Shown here: one piece after another, positions 27,108-40,420 of the stretch
Numbering within the stretch: the stretch's first letter is position 1
Layout: every line of letters starts with the position of its first letter
DNA from: Rozella allomycis CSF55
Lineage: Eukaryota
NCBI GenBank assembly: GCA_000442015.1
Contig: KE560847.1
Location: 1-61,946 of the forward strand
DNA length: 61,946 bases
Direction: 5' to 3'
The notes under the pieces: model-generated
The model's input: only the letters and a program-made list of their open reading frames with translations
The model's database searches: none
What the model was told of the DNA's origin: nothing
Program-made: the position numbers and the translations under genes

Positions 27108-29176
27108 ATGATCAAGAAATTAGATTTTAGATTGACTTCTACAATAACATCGGGACAAGTAATACCGGAGGTGTCTAGTTTTATTAAAGAACTGGTCGAC
27201 AACTCGTTAGATGCTAACGCTACTTATGTTGGTATTATCACTTCTTATTTATTACTTAGACATAAAGTTTTTTTCTGCGCCTACTATTAAAATTGAGGTT
27301 AGTGACAACGGGACCGGAATATCACCCGATGATTTTTTAAACCTCGGTAAATGTTTAGGGAAAAAATTGTAGGCAAGAAAAATTATACTTCTAAAATATG
27401 TAACTTCGAGGATTTGCAAAATGTTCAAAGTTTAGGCTTCAGGGGAGAGGCTTTGAATTCAATATGTGCATTGTCTCAAGTGTCCATCCGAACGGCCACA
27501 TTAAAATCGTCACCAAAAGGTTTCGATTTAAAATTGAATCATATGGGAGATATCGATTCTAAATCATTGTGTGCAAGGGAGGTATATGGATTTCAAAAAT
27601 TTCCTCAGAAAGGTACGACCGTTTTCATCTCCGAAATTTTTCACAATTTGCCAGTAAGACGGAAGGAATTAGAGAGAAATTTAAAGAAAGAAGTCAATTT
27701 AATCCTAAAGTTAGTTCAAGAGTTTTCTATTTGTTATCCAATGGTCAATTTTAAGTATTCGACATTTAACAAGAATAAGTATAAAATTTGCCCTTAATTT
27801 AACATAGTGAAACAGTCCATTTGGTTACAAAGTCTAATGATTTAAATAGGAGGATAAACGATTATTTCGGAACTAAAAATCTAAGAGAGTTTTCAAAATC
27901 TAACACCAATTTGAACCTTTCTTGTATAATTTCAACAGAAGGTCAGGAAAAGAATAGGCTGGTTTTGATGATTAACAAGAGAATTGCAGAGTCAAAGCTA
28001 ATTTTGTCATTACTAAAGCAAGCCTCAAAAGAAAATGAAATAAAGCCGCACTTTATTTTTCTTTCAATTGAGTTGAGGCAGCGTAAATGAGTATTATCTA
28101 TTTAAGTAGGGGATGTTGATTTCAATTTGGACCCAAACAAGAGGAATGTTATGTTTAGAGATGACGATTCGATTTTTAATACCCTTAAAGCGATTATGAA
28201 TGAAATTTATCAAGAGATTAACAAGTTCAAAGAAGTCGAGCAAGTTCCTTTGAAAAGAAGAATGGAAGAAATAGATTTGCCAATGAAAGCGGTAAAAATG
28301 GATGTGACTGATAATCAAATTGCCAGCGGGCGGCTTGTTGATCAGTCTGAAGGCGTTAGTATAAAAAATAATGTGGAAGAAGAGATTCATGGTTCAAATA
28401 CATTATATAAAAAGAAAATCATTTTTAAAGCGTCATTGAATGACTTTGCTCCATGCAAAGCTCCAAGTGTTTCTCGTGAATCAAATTTGATAATTCATAA
28501 GAAAAACGAAGTATCTTTGGTTGAAGTTAACCAAGAAGATTTTGCTCGCATGAAAATTATCGGGCAATTTAACCATGGGTTTATCATTACAAAATTAAAG
28601 CAAGGGTCCAAAATCCGATTGTTTATTATTGACCAGCATGCCTCAGATGAAAAATACAATTTTGAAATGCTTAATAAATATTCTAAAATCCAAACCCAGC
28701 ATTTAATATCACCTAAAGAATTTAGCTTAACACCCGCTTCTGAACAACTAATTTGGGATTCAAGAGAAGAATTTGAAAAGTTTGGTTTCAATTTTATCTT
28801 TGAAAAAAACAATACACCTGGCCAACGTTTGTCATCAGTTTCAGTCCCAACTGTGATACAGTCGAAATTCGGTACTACTCTATAAAAATGCAAATTAGAA
28901 TCCATAGACAGCATATTTTCAAACTGGAATGATATATCTGAGACCATAGACCTGATTCAAAAAGAATTTAAAAGCTACTACGCAACTAAGGCTTGCAGAA
29001 AATCCGTGATGATAGGAACCCCATTGAACAACTTTCAGATGAGAAAGGTACGATTTTTTATTTTAATTTCATAGATTATCAAACATCTAGAGCAATTAGA
29101 TCAGCCTTGGAATTGTCCCCATGGGAGACCAACGATTAGGCATTTATTGGATTTTGACGAAGTATTAATGTTATAA
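27108..29176 (+). CDS. PMS1: MutL homolog PMS1/PMS2 (mismatch-repair endonuclease)
   Basis: KELVDNSLDA, DNGTG, GFRGEAL, GQFN, DQHASDEK, ACRKS and WNCPHGRPT. Confidence 0.95.
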
Positions 29177-29236
29177 AGCGATTTAATTTTGTTTATTTAG
29201 CGTTTTAAATGAGTTTTGCAATTTCACGGTGATTAT

Positions 29237-29548
29237 TTAGCGCATTTTTTTCAAAGTACTATTTGAGCGGGTAACTGGGCCTAGGGTTTTAGGCGCTGTT
29301 TTGGTTAGATATAATTTCTTCCCTGTCGCCTTTTTTGTTTTCTAATCTTACTAAAAAAATTAATTTACTTTTATCGGAGACTCTATAAAAGCTTCTGTTA
29401 CGTCGTTTAATGGAAATTGTGGTGGTAGGCTGGTTTTTCGTTTTTTGGCATATTCTGGGGTCTTGGAAAAGCGATGAGTTTGTGGATCATAATTCTCTTT
29501 GTCGATAATTTGTCTGCTTCCTTTGGATTTGGGTGTTTGTGTTGACAT
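29237..29548 (-). CDS. 94-aa KEN-box/MR-tail protein, putative APC/C inhibitor (UVI4/OSD1-like)
   Basis: Exon 1 (29548-29369), a 27-nt GT-AG intron (29368-29342) and exon 2 (29341-29237) splice in frame to ...IDKENYDP...SLPPQFPLNDVTEAF..SPIK...STLKKMR*. Confidence 0.6.
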
Positions 29549-29553
29549 ATAAA

Positions 29554-29564
29554 TTGGCGGGAAA
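29554..29564 (-). promoter_or_regulatory. Canonical E2F site TTTCCCGCCAA
   Basis: The plus strand reads TTGGCGGGAAA, separated by 5 bp from the ATG at 29548. Confidence 0.65.
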
Positions 29565-29708
29565 CGCTAGGATTGTTATATTTGTGCAGGGGTCCCTGCG
29601 TCAAAATCCAACTCTTTAACATAATAATAAAGCAAAATTGATTTATTATGTACATTGTGATATTATCATTTCAGTATAATCAATGATGTCATGCTAATGC
29701 TTGATTCC

Positions 29709-30400
29709 TTATTCAAACTGAATCAAATGGCAATTGGGGTATACTAGATTATTTCGAAAATACGAGTTTATGTTCTCTACTATGAATTTCTCAATCTTTC
29801 CGGTGTTTTTTAAGACTAAAACAACAAAACAAAATACAAATACCCTGCCCTTCACCAACATCCGAGTCCATCATGATGTCCAACTGGAGAGGAAACCTGT
29901 TGAATGAAAATTTAAAGATTACCTTTCTTCACTAATTGTAATTACTAATGTATTCGATAAGTAAGCCATTATTATTTCGCCTAAAATTTGAATCTACGTG
30001 GCCTGTTACACTTGACTTTTAGATGTTTTATAAAAAGTTTGATAGGTAGAGAGACAAATGCATGTGTAGGGTAATTTAATCTTAACTCTGTTTCAATAGT
30101 AACACCGGCATTGCCATCATAATCGAGGCTCACATTAACTTGGAACTGCAAAGGCTCAAAATCTTCCTCTTCATTGGGAGTTATATTTGCATCGAAGGCA
30201 TTAATTATTTCTTCAAGAGGATCAGTTATATCCAGGATTTCAATATCCGGAGATTCTTCTCCAAGAAAAATGGCTCGAATGTTTATGTCACCAATAAAAT
30301 CGGGACGTTCTAATTTCTGAAAATATTCATTAAGCGATTGACAAAGCGATTGGTTGATCTTTTCACTTTTCCACTTGTCCCAGAAAAGTTTACATGACAT
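29709..30400 (-). CDS. MDM12: ERMES subunit Mdm12 (SMP domain)
   Basis: LERPDFIGDI, PDIEILDITDP, LRLNYP..AFVSLPIKL, and a C-terminal LKNTGKIEKFI...NLVYP. Confidence 0.9.
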
Positions 30401-30548
30401 TGGAAATTTCCTAATCCTGAATAAAACTAAACGTTTTCACGACATTTGCATTAAAGTCTAAAGACAGAAACCATTTGGTTTACTATATTCGGATTTTCTT
30501 TGTTCCATCTTCCAGCGTAAATAAACAAATAAATTTGCAATTGGCGAA

Positions 30549-31586
30549 ATGGAATATACTGATTTATTGGAATCCTCCTTCTTTTCACCATTAAGAACGT
30601 ATGGTCAGACTCATGGAAATGGATCATTTATAAATTTTACACCATTCAGAGGTACCAATGTAGCGCGGTCAAAATGCTAAGACTTGACTAATAGGTGTGA
30701 CGTTGATGCAAGGAAACAAGAAAGGACTTATGTAAAACTGGAGAGTCCATGCTTGCCACATTTCGCATGTACCAATAGCAGTATGGATGACATACTCAAG
30801 AATACGATCGAGCGTTCCGAGGCTAAGAAACATCTTGATTTTGCCACCTTGAACGAAAGAGACGTATTCAAAAAAGATGCTAGTGTAGCAATGGTCAAAA
30901 AGGAAATAATACCTCTAATGCCAAGGTGTGAGAGATCTCTTGTAAAACTATGCCAAGAGTAAGATTGTACATAAAACATTGAAAGAATTGTTGATTCAAT
31001 CGAGAACATTTGCAAGCAATCAAAGACAATGATAATTGATGATGCGGTGAGTAGACTAGGTAATATGCAAAAAATGTTGTTTTTGACTTGAATGGACCGA
31101 ATAGACGCAGATTTTACGATGTAGCAAATATATTGGAAGGCCTAGATATCATTAAACGAATAAAGAAGGATAAATATTCTTTCAAAGGGCGGCAAGCATT
31201 AAATCACCTTTTAATCTCATTATCTAGTGGTACTGTTAACAAAGTTGACAGTAAGCTTATTTTTGATTTTGTTCAGGAAACAACATTTTGACGCATTGGA
31301 CACGAAATTTGTTAACTAAACTTGTAACTTCGAAAACTGGGGAACTAACCATCAGTGAAGCAGTCGCTTGTTCTAATTATGAAGATTCTTTATCTGATAT
31401 CAAAGGTATAATGTTATAATAATGACGAGAGAATCCAGAGTGCGAAGATTGTATGATATTGTAAATATCTTGAATTTCTTCGGAATTGCAGAACGGCGGC
31501 GAGACGGAAAGAGGAGATTTAAAGTTATTCGCTCAAAATTTGTCGAGGATTTGGTCAATAACAAAGAAAATTTCAACAATTTGTAG
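30549..31586 (+). CDS. Atypical E2F (E2F7/8, DEL-like) with two DNA-binding domains
   Basis: DBD1 has RCERSLVKLCQE...RRRFYDVANILEGL. DBD2 has RVRRLYDIVNILNFFG. The protein ends shortly after DBD2. Confidence 0.85.
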
Positions 31587-31649
31587 GTAAATAAAGTTAA
31601 TTCCAAGGTATTACTATTGTATGTACTTGGTTATTTCGTAAATTTCGGA

Positions 31650-34600
31650 ATGGACAATATCAAAACTTTTTTACGAATACGACCGTTTAATGCACTTGAA
31701 ATTGAAAGAAAGGAGGATAATTTCCAAAGTATTGCTGTTAAAATAGATGAGCAGACGGTGCAGTTCAAGGGACAAAAATTGGACATGTTTTCGTATGACC
31801 ATGTTGGTGATCAGATGACTACACAGGAGGAGGTATTTAAAGTTGTGGGGAAAGTGATGTGTGACCACTGTTTGGAAGGATATAATGCTACTATTTTTGC
31901 ATATGGACAAACCAGCAGTGGAAAGTAAGGACTGCCAGTTTATGTATATTTAGATCTTTTACGATTAACGGCCCTACTAATGAAGAAGGAAATTTAATTT
32001 TGGAGCACCGTGGGTTGATTCCACGTATTTTGGATTATCTTTTTGAGAATATGGAGAGAATGACGACCGAGAATGAAGTTGAGTTTGTGTGTAACTGCTC
32101 GTATGTAGAGATATACAATGAAGTTGTTTATGACCTTTTAGATCCGTCTGGACAGTCGTGTACCTTGAGAGAAGACATCAGAAGGGGAGTTTGTATTTCA
32201 GGCAACACGGAAGAAGAGGTCCATTCATCACAAGAAGCTTATAGAGTAAAAATAGAAATTGAATTTAAAAGTTATTTCTAAAGGGAATCCAAAACCGCCA
32301 TGTTGCTGAAACGGCGATGAATAGAGAGAGTAGTCGAAGTCATTCATTATTTACCATAACGATATTTTCCAAAGTAACAGTGAATGAAGAGAAATAATAA
32401 AGACTAGAGAGGGTGGAATTCTAAATATTGCAGAATCACGATTTAATATTGTGGACTTAGCTGGATCTGAGCGCCAAAGTTTGACTGGTGCAACGGGAAT
32501 CCGGTTGAAAGAGGCTGGCAACATTAATAAATCATTGTTGGCGTTAGGGAATGTGATAAATTCTTTGTTGGATATTGCGATGGGCCGACCAAGACATGTG
32601 CATTATCGGGATTCCAAATTGACGTTTCTGCTTCGAGATTCACTTGGAGGAAATTCAAAGACATTTGTTATAGCGAATGTTTCGCCTTCATCTGCGTGTG
32701 TTGCTGAAACATTATCAACGTTGAGATTTGCACAAAGAGTGAAACAGATTAGAAACAAGGCGATAAAGAATAAGGATGTTGTTGGAGATGTGGATGAGTT
32801 GCAAGCTGAGATTAAAAGGTTGAAGGATGAGTTGAATAAAAGAATTGATTATGAGGTTGATGGGAATAGTAGTGAATTTGTGAAATTTGTGATGGAACAA
32901 GCGCAATTGTTTGAAGAAAAGAATCAGGAAATTTCCAAGTTTCAAAAACGAGTTGAGCAATTAGAAAAAGTTTTGAAGGCATTTGAAGAGAGAAGATCTA
33001 ATGATAGAATGTTGTTGAATTTGAAGGAAGAGAATATAAGAAAGATGAGGGATAAAATATCTGCGATAGAAGAGAGAGTAAAATAGATAAATGAAGTGAT
33101 ATAGGAATTGTATGAAAGAGAGATTGAGTTGTTGAGAAAGAGTAGAGAGAGTGAAACTGATGTGAATATGATTAGTTATCAAAAATTTATCCTGGAACGT
33201 AATGATTAAAAATGGTGATGAGTTTATAGAGGATAACAAATCATTGATTAGAAAGTTGGCTAAATATCAAGTAATGCAGCAAAGAGAAGAAGAAGAAATC
33301 AAAATTAGGAATGAATTTTTTTCTGAAATTTCTGAAATCATAAAAGAAAATTTGAAAAATGAGAAAATTGAAATTAGAGAAAGAAAAGAAGAAAATGAGA
33401 TTGAAGAATTACAGAAAAAGATTGAAGAAATTGAAAGAATGAGAAATAATGAACGAATGGAGTTTGAGGAGGAAAAGAAGAGTTTGGAGGGTAGAATAGA
33501 ATACTACAAGAGAGAAGCAGAAAGGCAAGATGAAGACAAGGAAGAGAATGTGAAAGAATTAAAACAAAAATTAGAAAATTTGGAAAGGAAAAGTAGAAGA
33601 ATGAGCGACGTAAGAAATTTGATTTAAAATAAAAAGTTTGCATTTGAAAGTCAAGCGATTTCACAAGAAAGATTTCATGATTTAATTACGAAAAATAAAG
33701 AATTGATAAACCAATTGAAATCAACAGAAAGTAAACATCATGAATTAATTGATGAAAATGAAAATTTGTCTCTAAAAATTGTAAATCTAGAAAAAAAGAT
33801 GGGAAATATTTTAAATGAAAATTCCAGATTAGATTTCCAAGTAAAAGAAATTTCTGGATCTATTTAAGATTTTAAAGTTTAAAGAAGAAATAAAAAATCA
33901 GCAAGAAGAAAATGAAAATTTAAAGGCAGAATTGCAAAATCTAAATTTAGAAAATGAACAACTTTACGCTAAAATTTCAACTTTAAATTTAGAAAAAGAA
34001 AGTGCCATGTCAGATCTATTTCAATCTATGTTAAAAAAAGAAAATTCTTCAAAGATTCAAGATGATGATGAAAAAAATAGATTTGAAGAATTATTAAATG
34101 AAAAAGAAACAGAATTGGAAAAAATTAAAAATATTTTAAAAGAAAAGGAGTATGAAATTGCAAGGGTTGAAAAAACATTATCTGATCTACAAGGCGAGAT
34201 GCAAAAAACAAAAATAGAACACTTTAATCTACAAGAACAATTTAATGAGAATGAAAAAGAATTAAAAGAAACAAAAAGTGAATTGGGAAAAACAAAAGAT
34301 GAACTACATCAATCTTTAAATGAACTTTTTGAATCAAAACAAGAATTATCAAAAAGAGAAACAAAAATACAAAAAATACAAAACGATTTCGAAAATCTTC
34401 AAATTAAATTTCAAGAGTTTAATAAAAATAAAGAAAAATTACTCCAACTTGAAGAAATAAACAAAAAATTAACAAATGATCTATCCAAGGTTCAGGGGTT
34501 GGCAGATCTAAAAATAGAAAAGGTTCAAGGGGCTCTCTATGATGCTCAAAAATCTTTAAAAGAAAAAGAATTGGAATTAAATAAAACTCAATTAAAGTTA

Positions 34601-35307
34601 AACGACACTCAAAATCAATTACAATTAACATTAAATAATCTTTCCATGAAGAATTCAGAATTAGAATCAAAATTAAATGAATTGTCTCATTTTAAAGAAG
34701 AATACATTTCTCTTCAATCTAAACTTGAATCAGAATTCAAAATCAAAGAAGATCTATTAATGGAAAAGTTGGAAATTTCAGAAATTGAAAATCAAAAGAA
34801 AACGCAAGAATTGGAATCTTTAAAGCACCAATTCGAACGTTTAAATAAACTGTTAAAATCTCAAAATGATAAAATAGAAAACTTCAAAGAAAAAATTAGT
34901 CAACTAGAATTTCATTTATCAAACGCTCAAGAAGACAATGAAAATCTTTTAAATCAACTTCAATCACTACAAGACTCTGAAATGGCCTTGAAATTAGAAG
35001 AAAACGCTAGTCTGTAAATTTATCATCTCTGTATAACCTTAGAATGCAAAAACTTAAAATGGAGATTGATAAATTGGAAAATGAAAAATTGCTCTACAAA
35101 CAAGAATACGATAGAATGGCTCAAGAAAATCAACAATTCTTTCAACACCAAAATCCAAAACAAAAAATTAAATATCACGAAAAAATTAAACATGAAAATA
35201 ATCTTTTAAATGTCGAAATCAAATCCCTTAAAGATGAAGTGGCTAGGTTAATCGCCAAATGTGACGAATTAGAGTCTAACAAAGAAAACAATGCTAGATT
35301 AAAATAG
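31650..35307 (+). CDS. KIF15: Kinesin-12 (KIF15-like)
   Basis: [53 protein letters not shown], a long coiled coil and a C-terminal HMMR-type [11 protein letters not shown]. Confidence 0.9.
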
Positions 35308-35392
35308 CCTTTCTAAATTCAATTAAAATAATTTACAAATTCAATCAAAATAATTTTATATTTTTATTTTTTACATTTCTACAGTTAAATAT

Positions 35393-36203
35393 TTAAGAGT
35401 ATGATGATACTCGTTTCCTTGATATTGATTTACTTCTTAGCATACTCTGCCCAGATATAGATCTTTTATACAATCCACTCACAGAGTTTATCTTTTCACT
35501 GAACGAATGATTGCTCACAAAGGAACTATTAAGACTACTGCTGTTAATAGAACTTCTTCTACCCTCTTCAACTACCTTCTGGCTTTTCACTGAAAGCTTG
35601 GCGATCAATTGCTCAACAGACTCTCCACTCTTGCCATCATTCAATGTTTCTTTTAGAGAACTCAATCTTTCATAGCTGTTGGCACCTCTTATCCGAACAC
35701 TTCTCTTCATTTGCGAAAATTGCTCACTCTTCTTATTCATCTCATCTCTTTCACAGGATTTCCTTTCTGGAATCGGACTAGAAATCGAAGTTGTTGGAAT
35801 AGATGGGTTGCCTGATTCATACACAGAGTCTCGTTCCAGCTCATTAAGTAACATATCATTATCATCCACAAATGAGGCTTCCTACATCATTGTTAAAATT
35901 CACACTTACAATAAAGTTTCTGGATTCGCCAAGAGGTTGTATAGTTTGGTCTCGCCCAAAATCTAGAGACCAATTAAATGTCCTGTCATCAAATATCCTA
36001 GTCAAACAAGAGTCATCATGTATCTGCATAGTATAAACCCTTCCATTTTCGTTATCGGCTTTACACTCTATCTCTTCAAGATCTAGATCTTTAGTATTTC
36101 CCACCATCTGGGATCTGGTGTTTTGGAACAATGATACATCAGAAAAAGATGGAAAATGGATTATGTCGCTTCTGCTGCTGTCAAAGGGATTCACAACACT
36201 CAT
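35393..36203 (-). CDS. Hypothetical Ser-rich protein
   Basis: Two adjacent minus-strand ORFs are probably joined by a short intron. No family recognised. Confidence 0.5.
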
Positions 36204-36290
36204 TTGTTATCAGGTACAATGTGCCAGGGTCAAATTCAACAACATAATAACATACAACACAAATTTACATTATCACAGGTAAACATACGT

Positions 36291-38051
36291 TTATTCAGGT
36301 ACTTGTATCACCTTCATAGTGTTGGTATTGCCGTGCCCGCCTTGGTGCCCTTGAATCACCACCACGTGTGAATTTGGCTTCAACAAACCCATCTTCTTTC
36401 CTTGGGTAACGGCATAACTGATACGCGCATCAACATCATCCTGCCAGCTACTAATCTTCTTTTCTTCATAGTACAAAGGATAACATCCTCTCGACAGATG
36501 TATTTGGCGAGCCACAAACTCAGATCTGGTGACTGTGATTATTGGCACAGCTGGGCGAAACTTGGCAACGAACCTTGCGGATTCCCCAGTTGTGGTCAAT
36601 ACTATTATCGCCTCAATATAATCTTCCAATGATGCGTTGACAGCGGCACATGCTATTGTTTCTGTCGGTCCGCTAGATTGAAATGACAAGTTTCGTAACT
36701 CCTCAAAGAGTGGCACATACGAAATTGTAGACTCCGCTTCGATCACAATCTTGTGCATCATTTGAACTCTATATTAGTGATCATTCGTAGTATTACGTTT
36801 CTACAGGATATGTTCCTCTCGCCGTTTCAGCTGACAACATAACACAATCTGAACCATCAAGAATAGCATTAGAAACATCGGCCACTTCGGCTCTTGTAGG
36901 ACGTGGATTTTGTGTCATGCTTTCAAGCATCTGTGTGGCACAAATCACAGGCTTTCCAACAATGTTACATCGAGCGATAATCATTTTTTGAGCAAGAAAA
37001 ACCTTTTCAGGGGGTATTTCAATTCCTAAATCCCCTCTAGCCACCATAATCCCGTCACTAACTTCCAGTATATCTATGTGAACAATGAAATATTATCTAA
37101 CCGTCAAAGTTCTTTAAGCCTTCCGTGCTTTCTATCTTTGATATAATCTTGATGTCCTTGCCCTGCTCTCCAAGTATTTTTCTGATTTCAATGACATCTT
37201 CTGGTTTTCTAATAAATGATGCGAATATCATGTCCAAGTTGTGCTTTACTGCAAATTTCAAATCTTCGGCATCTTTTCAGAAACAGCTGGAAGATCAACT
37301 CTTGCCCCTGTATTGAATAAAGAAAACGAATACCTGGAAGATTTACACCTTTGTGATTTAGTAATCGGTGGGAGTTGTTAGCTTTAACTTTAACCGTATT
37401 TCCGGAGCACTCCAATACAGTAAGAGAAAGAATTCCATCGTCAACAAAGATTTTTCCATTAACTTTTACAGCAGAGGGTAGATTTTTGTAATCCATGTAG
37501 ATTGTGTCCAAATCACCATCGTTCATTCTCTTGTCATCCGTAGTTATCAAAAAGACATGTCCTTCAGGTATAAGAATCTTTCATAAGCATATAAAATATT
37601 TACTCCCCCTTCATCCTTCAAGTTTCCAGTTCTAATTTCAGGTCTAACATAAGTCATATAATCAATTGTCACCCTTTGGTATCAAGAGCAATAGCAACTG
37701 GTCTGCCATCATATAGTTTAAAGCTATCTCTGACGTTTTGAACTGCTGTCGCATGATACTAGTTGAAACTGATTAATTGGAATTACTTCATGGGAGCCGT
37801 GGCTAAAATTTAGCCTTGCAATATTCATCCCTGCCTTGCGCAAGTCAGCCATAACTTTAGGACTATTTGTTTTTGGTCCTGATTATCTCAGAGAAAAGGA
37901 TTATACCAATAGTACAAATAATTGAGGTTTTTCTGATACCTACAGGATGTTGATCAACATTTATCCCAGCTATCCAACTTAAACGAGTGGGAATATTATT
38001 AGTGTGTAATTCAGTGTATGCAGCAGTGTTACCTAGAATTTTAGGCCTCAT
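36291..38051 (-). CDS. PYK1: Pyruvate kinase (apparent 1-nt frameshift near 37275)
   Basis: [43 protein letters not shown] and ATQMLESM. Confidence 0.97.
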
Positions 38052-38083
38052 AGTAATTAAGCTTTGACGAATGTAAACAAAAC

Positions 38084-39475
38084 ATGCATGATCCTATATT
38101 TTCGTCGAAACCATTTTTGAACGATGATTTCAATGAACAGTAATAATTTTATTCTGCTTGTGAGAGAACCTTTCAATGTTCTGTATTAGAGGAAATCTGC
38201 GTAGAAATGCTAAAGGAGGGTTACGTAGAAGGTTTCGAAAACTTTTTCTACTTGACGCATGAGAAATCTGGAAATAAATTTATAGAAAAGCCCGTTTTAC
38301 CAGATGTTCCCGCAGAAAAGCAAAAAGCACTTGAAGACCTTGATGAAGATGGTTTTTCTAAAAGGAGGCTTTACACGCATAATGAATTGAATACGATATG
38401 CAATATTTGGAAAAGTGTTGAATATGCCAAAGAAAATAAGGATTATGAATCAATATATAAAGGATTTAAGGAACTGGGAAGTAAATTTGAGAGTATGGGT
38501 GATTATGAAAATGCCTTAAAACATCATGAAAAGGCCTTTGAATATTCCAATTTAACTGGTTTGCCAGAACATAAGGTAGAGGCCCATCTACTTGTTGGAT
38601 CAGCAAAACAAAATATCGGTAAACTTAGACAATGAATTAAAATCGATTGTTTAGAAGATGCTATTAGGTCTTTTGAGACGGCCCGAAGATTGTGTCAAAC
38701 TTATAGAGTGCTTGAACTTGAATATGAATCCTGTAAACGAGTGGTCGATGCTAGAATATTGAAGGCCAAAAAGGTATTATTGCTATAACCGTCTTACGAG
38801 ATGTGTCATGAGAACAAGTGCAAAGAGGCTATCACCCATTACATGGAAACAATAAATATTATCCAGGAAAGTTGTCCAAATGATAACTCCATGATGTATA
38901 ATGTTCATTATAACCTTGGAAATGCTTTTCACGCCAACAAAGAGTATGAACAGGCCATTGCAGTAATTTATTTCAAAGGAATAATATAGAGCTACGAATC
39001 TTATCTACAACATTCCAGGGATTGTAAAATATAATTGTTTACGAGTAATGTAGTAAATGATGTCGCTGCTGCTGGTCAGGCACATGCGTCAATAGCTTCT
39101 TGCTTTGAAGCGTAAGACTGTTTTTTAACCGATAATAGGCTTGGAAACCGAGAGGTAGCTATTGAACATCTAGAAGGATTTTGTAAGTTGGCAGAGACAC
39201 AAAACGACATGCAGTCAATGATTGAGGCATACAGACATTTGGGTGAAATGTTTAATAGGTTAAAAAACTATAGCCAATCTCTTAATTATTATCGAAAATA
39301 TTATGACACCGTGATGAGTAACTCCCCTACAATAAATGAAGCCAACATTGCTAGGTGCCAATTAGGAATTGCGAAATCCCAAGTAATATCAAAAGAAATT
39401 TTGAAGGACATTGTTCTAGCTACAGGTTCCCCTCAAAATTTAAGAAATTTATTAACGTTCAAATTGATCGAGTGA
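38084..39475 (+). CDS. TTC29: TPR protein TTC29-like (flagellar)
   Basis: EICVEMLKEGY..FENFFYL N-terminal block, TPR repeats and C-terminal ARCQLGIAKS. Confidence 0.7.
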
Positions 39476-39506
39476 AATAAATAAACAAATTAGAAAATTA
39501 ATTGAT

Positions 39507-40420
39507 TTATTGTTCTTCTGATTCTTCTTCGCTTTCTTCTTCTTCATAATCCGACCCATAAACTCTCGTTTCCAATTCATTGATTTTAAATTCTGCCAAG
39601 ACTAACTTTCTTTTGTAATCTTCAAGCTCTAATTTTGAAGCTTCCAAAGTTGATGCTGCTAATTTTTTGAGATCTTCAATTTCCGTCTCCAGATTTGCAA
39701 TTTTATCCTTGTAGACACTTTCCGAAATTTCAGATTTTTCCATGATTTCATTTTCTTTCTTTATGAATCCTTGTGATTGTCGAATCATCTAATTTATGAA
39801 TTCGGACTGTTATTTTACTTGTTCATGCATGATTCTGTTTGCGAATTCCATAGAATGGGCAATTTTCAGAGACCAATCTTGTTCCGTTTGACATTCTGAT
39901 TCATTTGTTGTTTTAGAACAATTTTTCAGGCTTTCAATTTCATTATGAAGCTATATGTATTAGTAAATACGAATTACTTCTTCATTTTCCTGCAAGGTGT
40001 AAGCCAACGCAGATTGCAATTCATTTGCATGCAAATGTATTGAATGATATCTTTCAAATATATTTTGCAAAGATTCTATCGATTTTTTTATTGATATTAT
40101 AACGTTAGAATATTTATCATCGCCTTTGTCAATATCAATTTAAACGTACTTTTCAACACGTCTGAGAGAGCCGACAAGTATTCCTTAATTTCATTTTCTG
40201 CATCTTGTGCTGAACGATTTATTTCTTTTCTAAATTCAATAATTTTTATTCTTTTGGCAACAAATTGGTCTAGTGATTTTTGTGCTGGTTTATTGACGTT
40301 TGTTACTTCTTTCAAAGCCGTTTTATTCTTTTGATACTTCCATAATAAAAGTTGTTTTTCTCTTGGTAGCTTTTTTTGCTCCTCGAGTGGGAGAGACGCT
40401 AGGTGACTTAACTCATCCAT
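39507..40420 (-). CDS. Hypothetical coiled-coil protein with D-box-like KTALKEVTN
   Basis: Multi-exon coiled-coil ORFs. N-terminus REKQLLLWKYQK. Confidence 0.6.
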
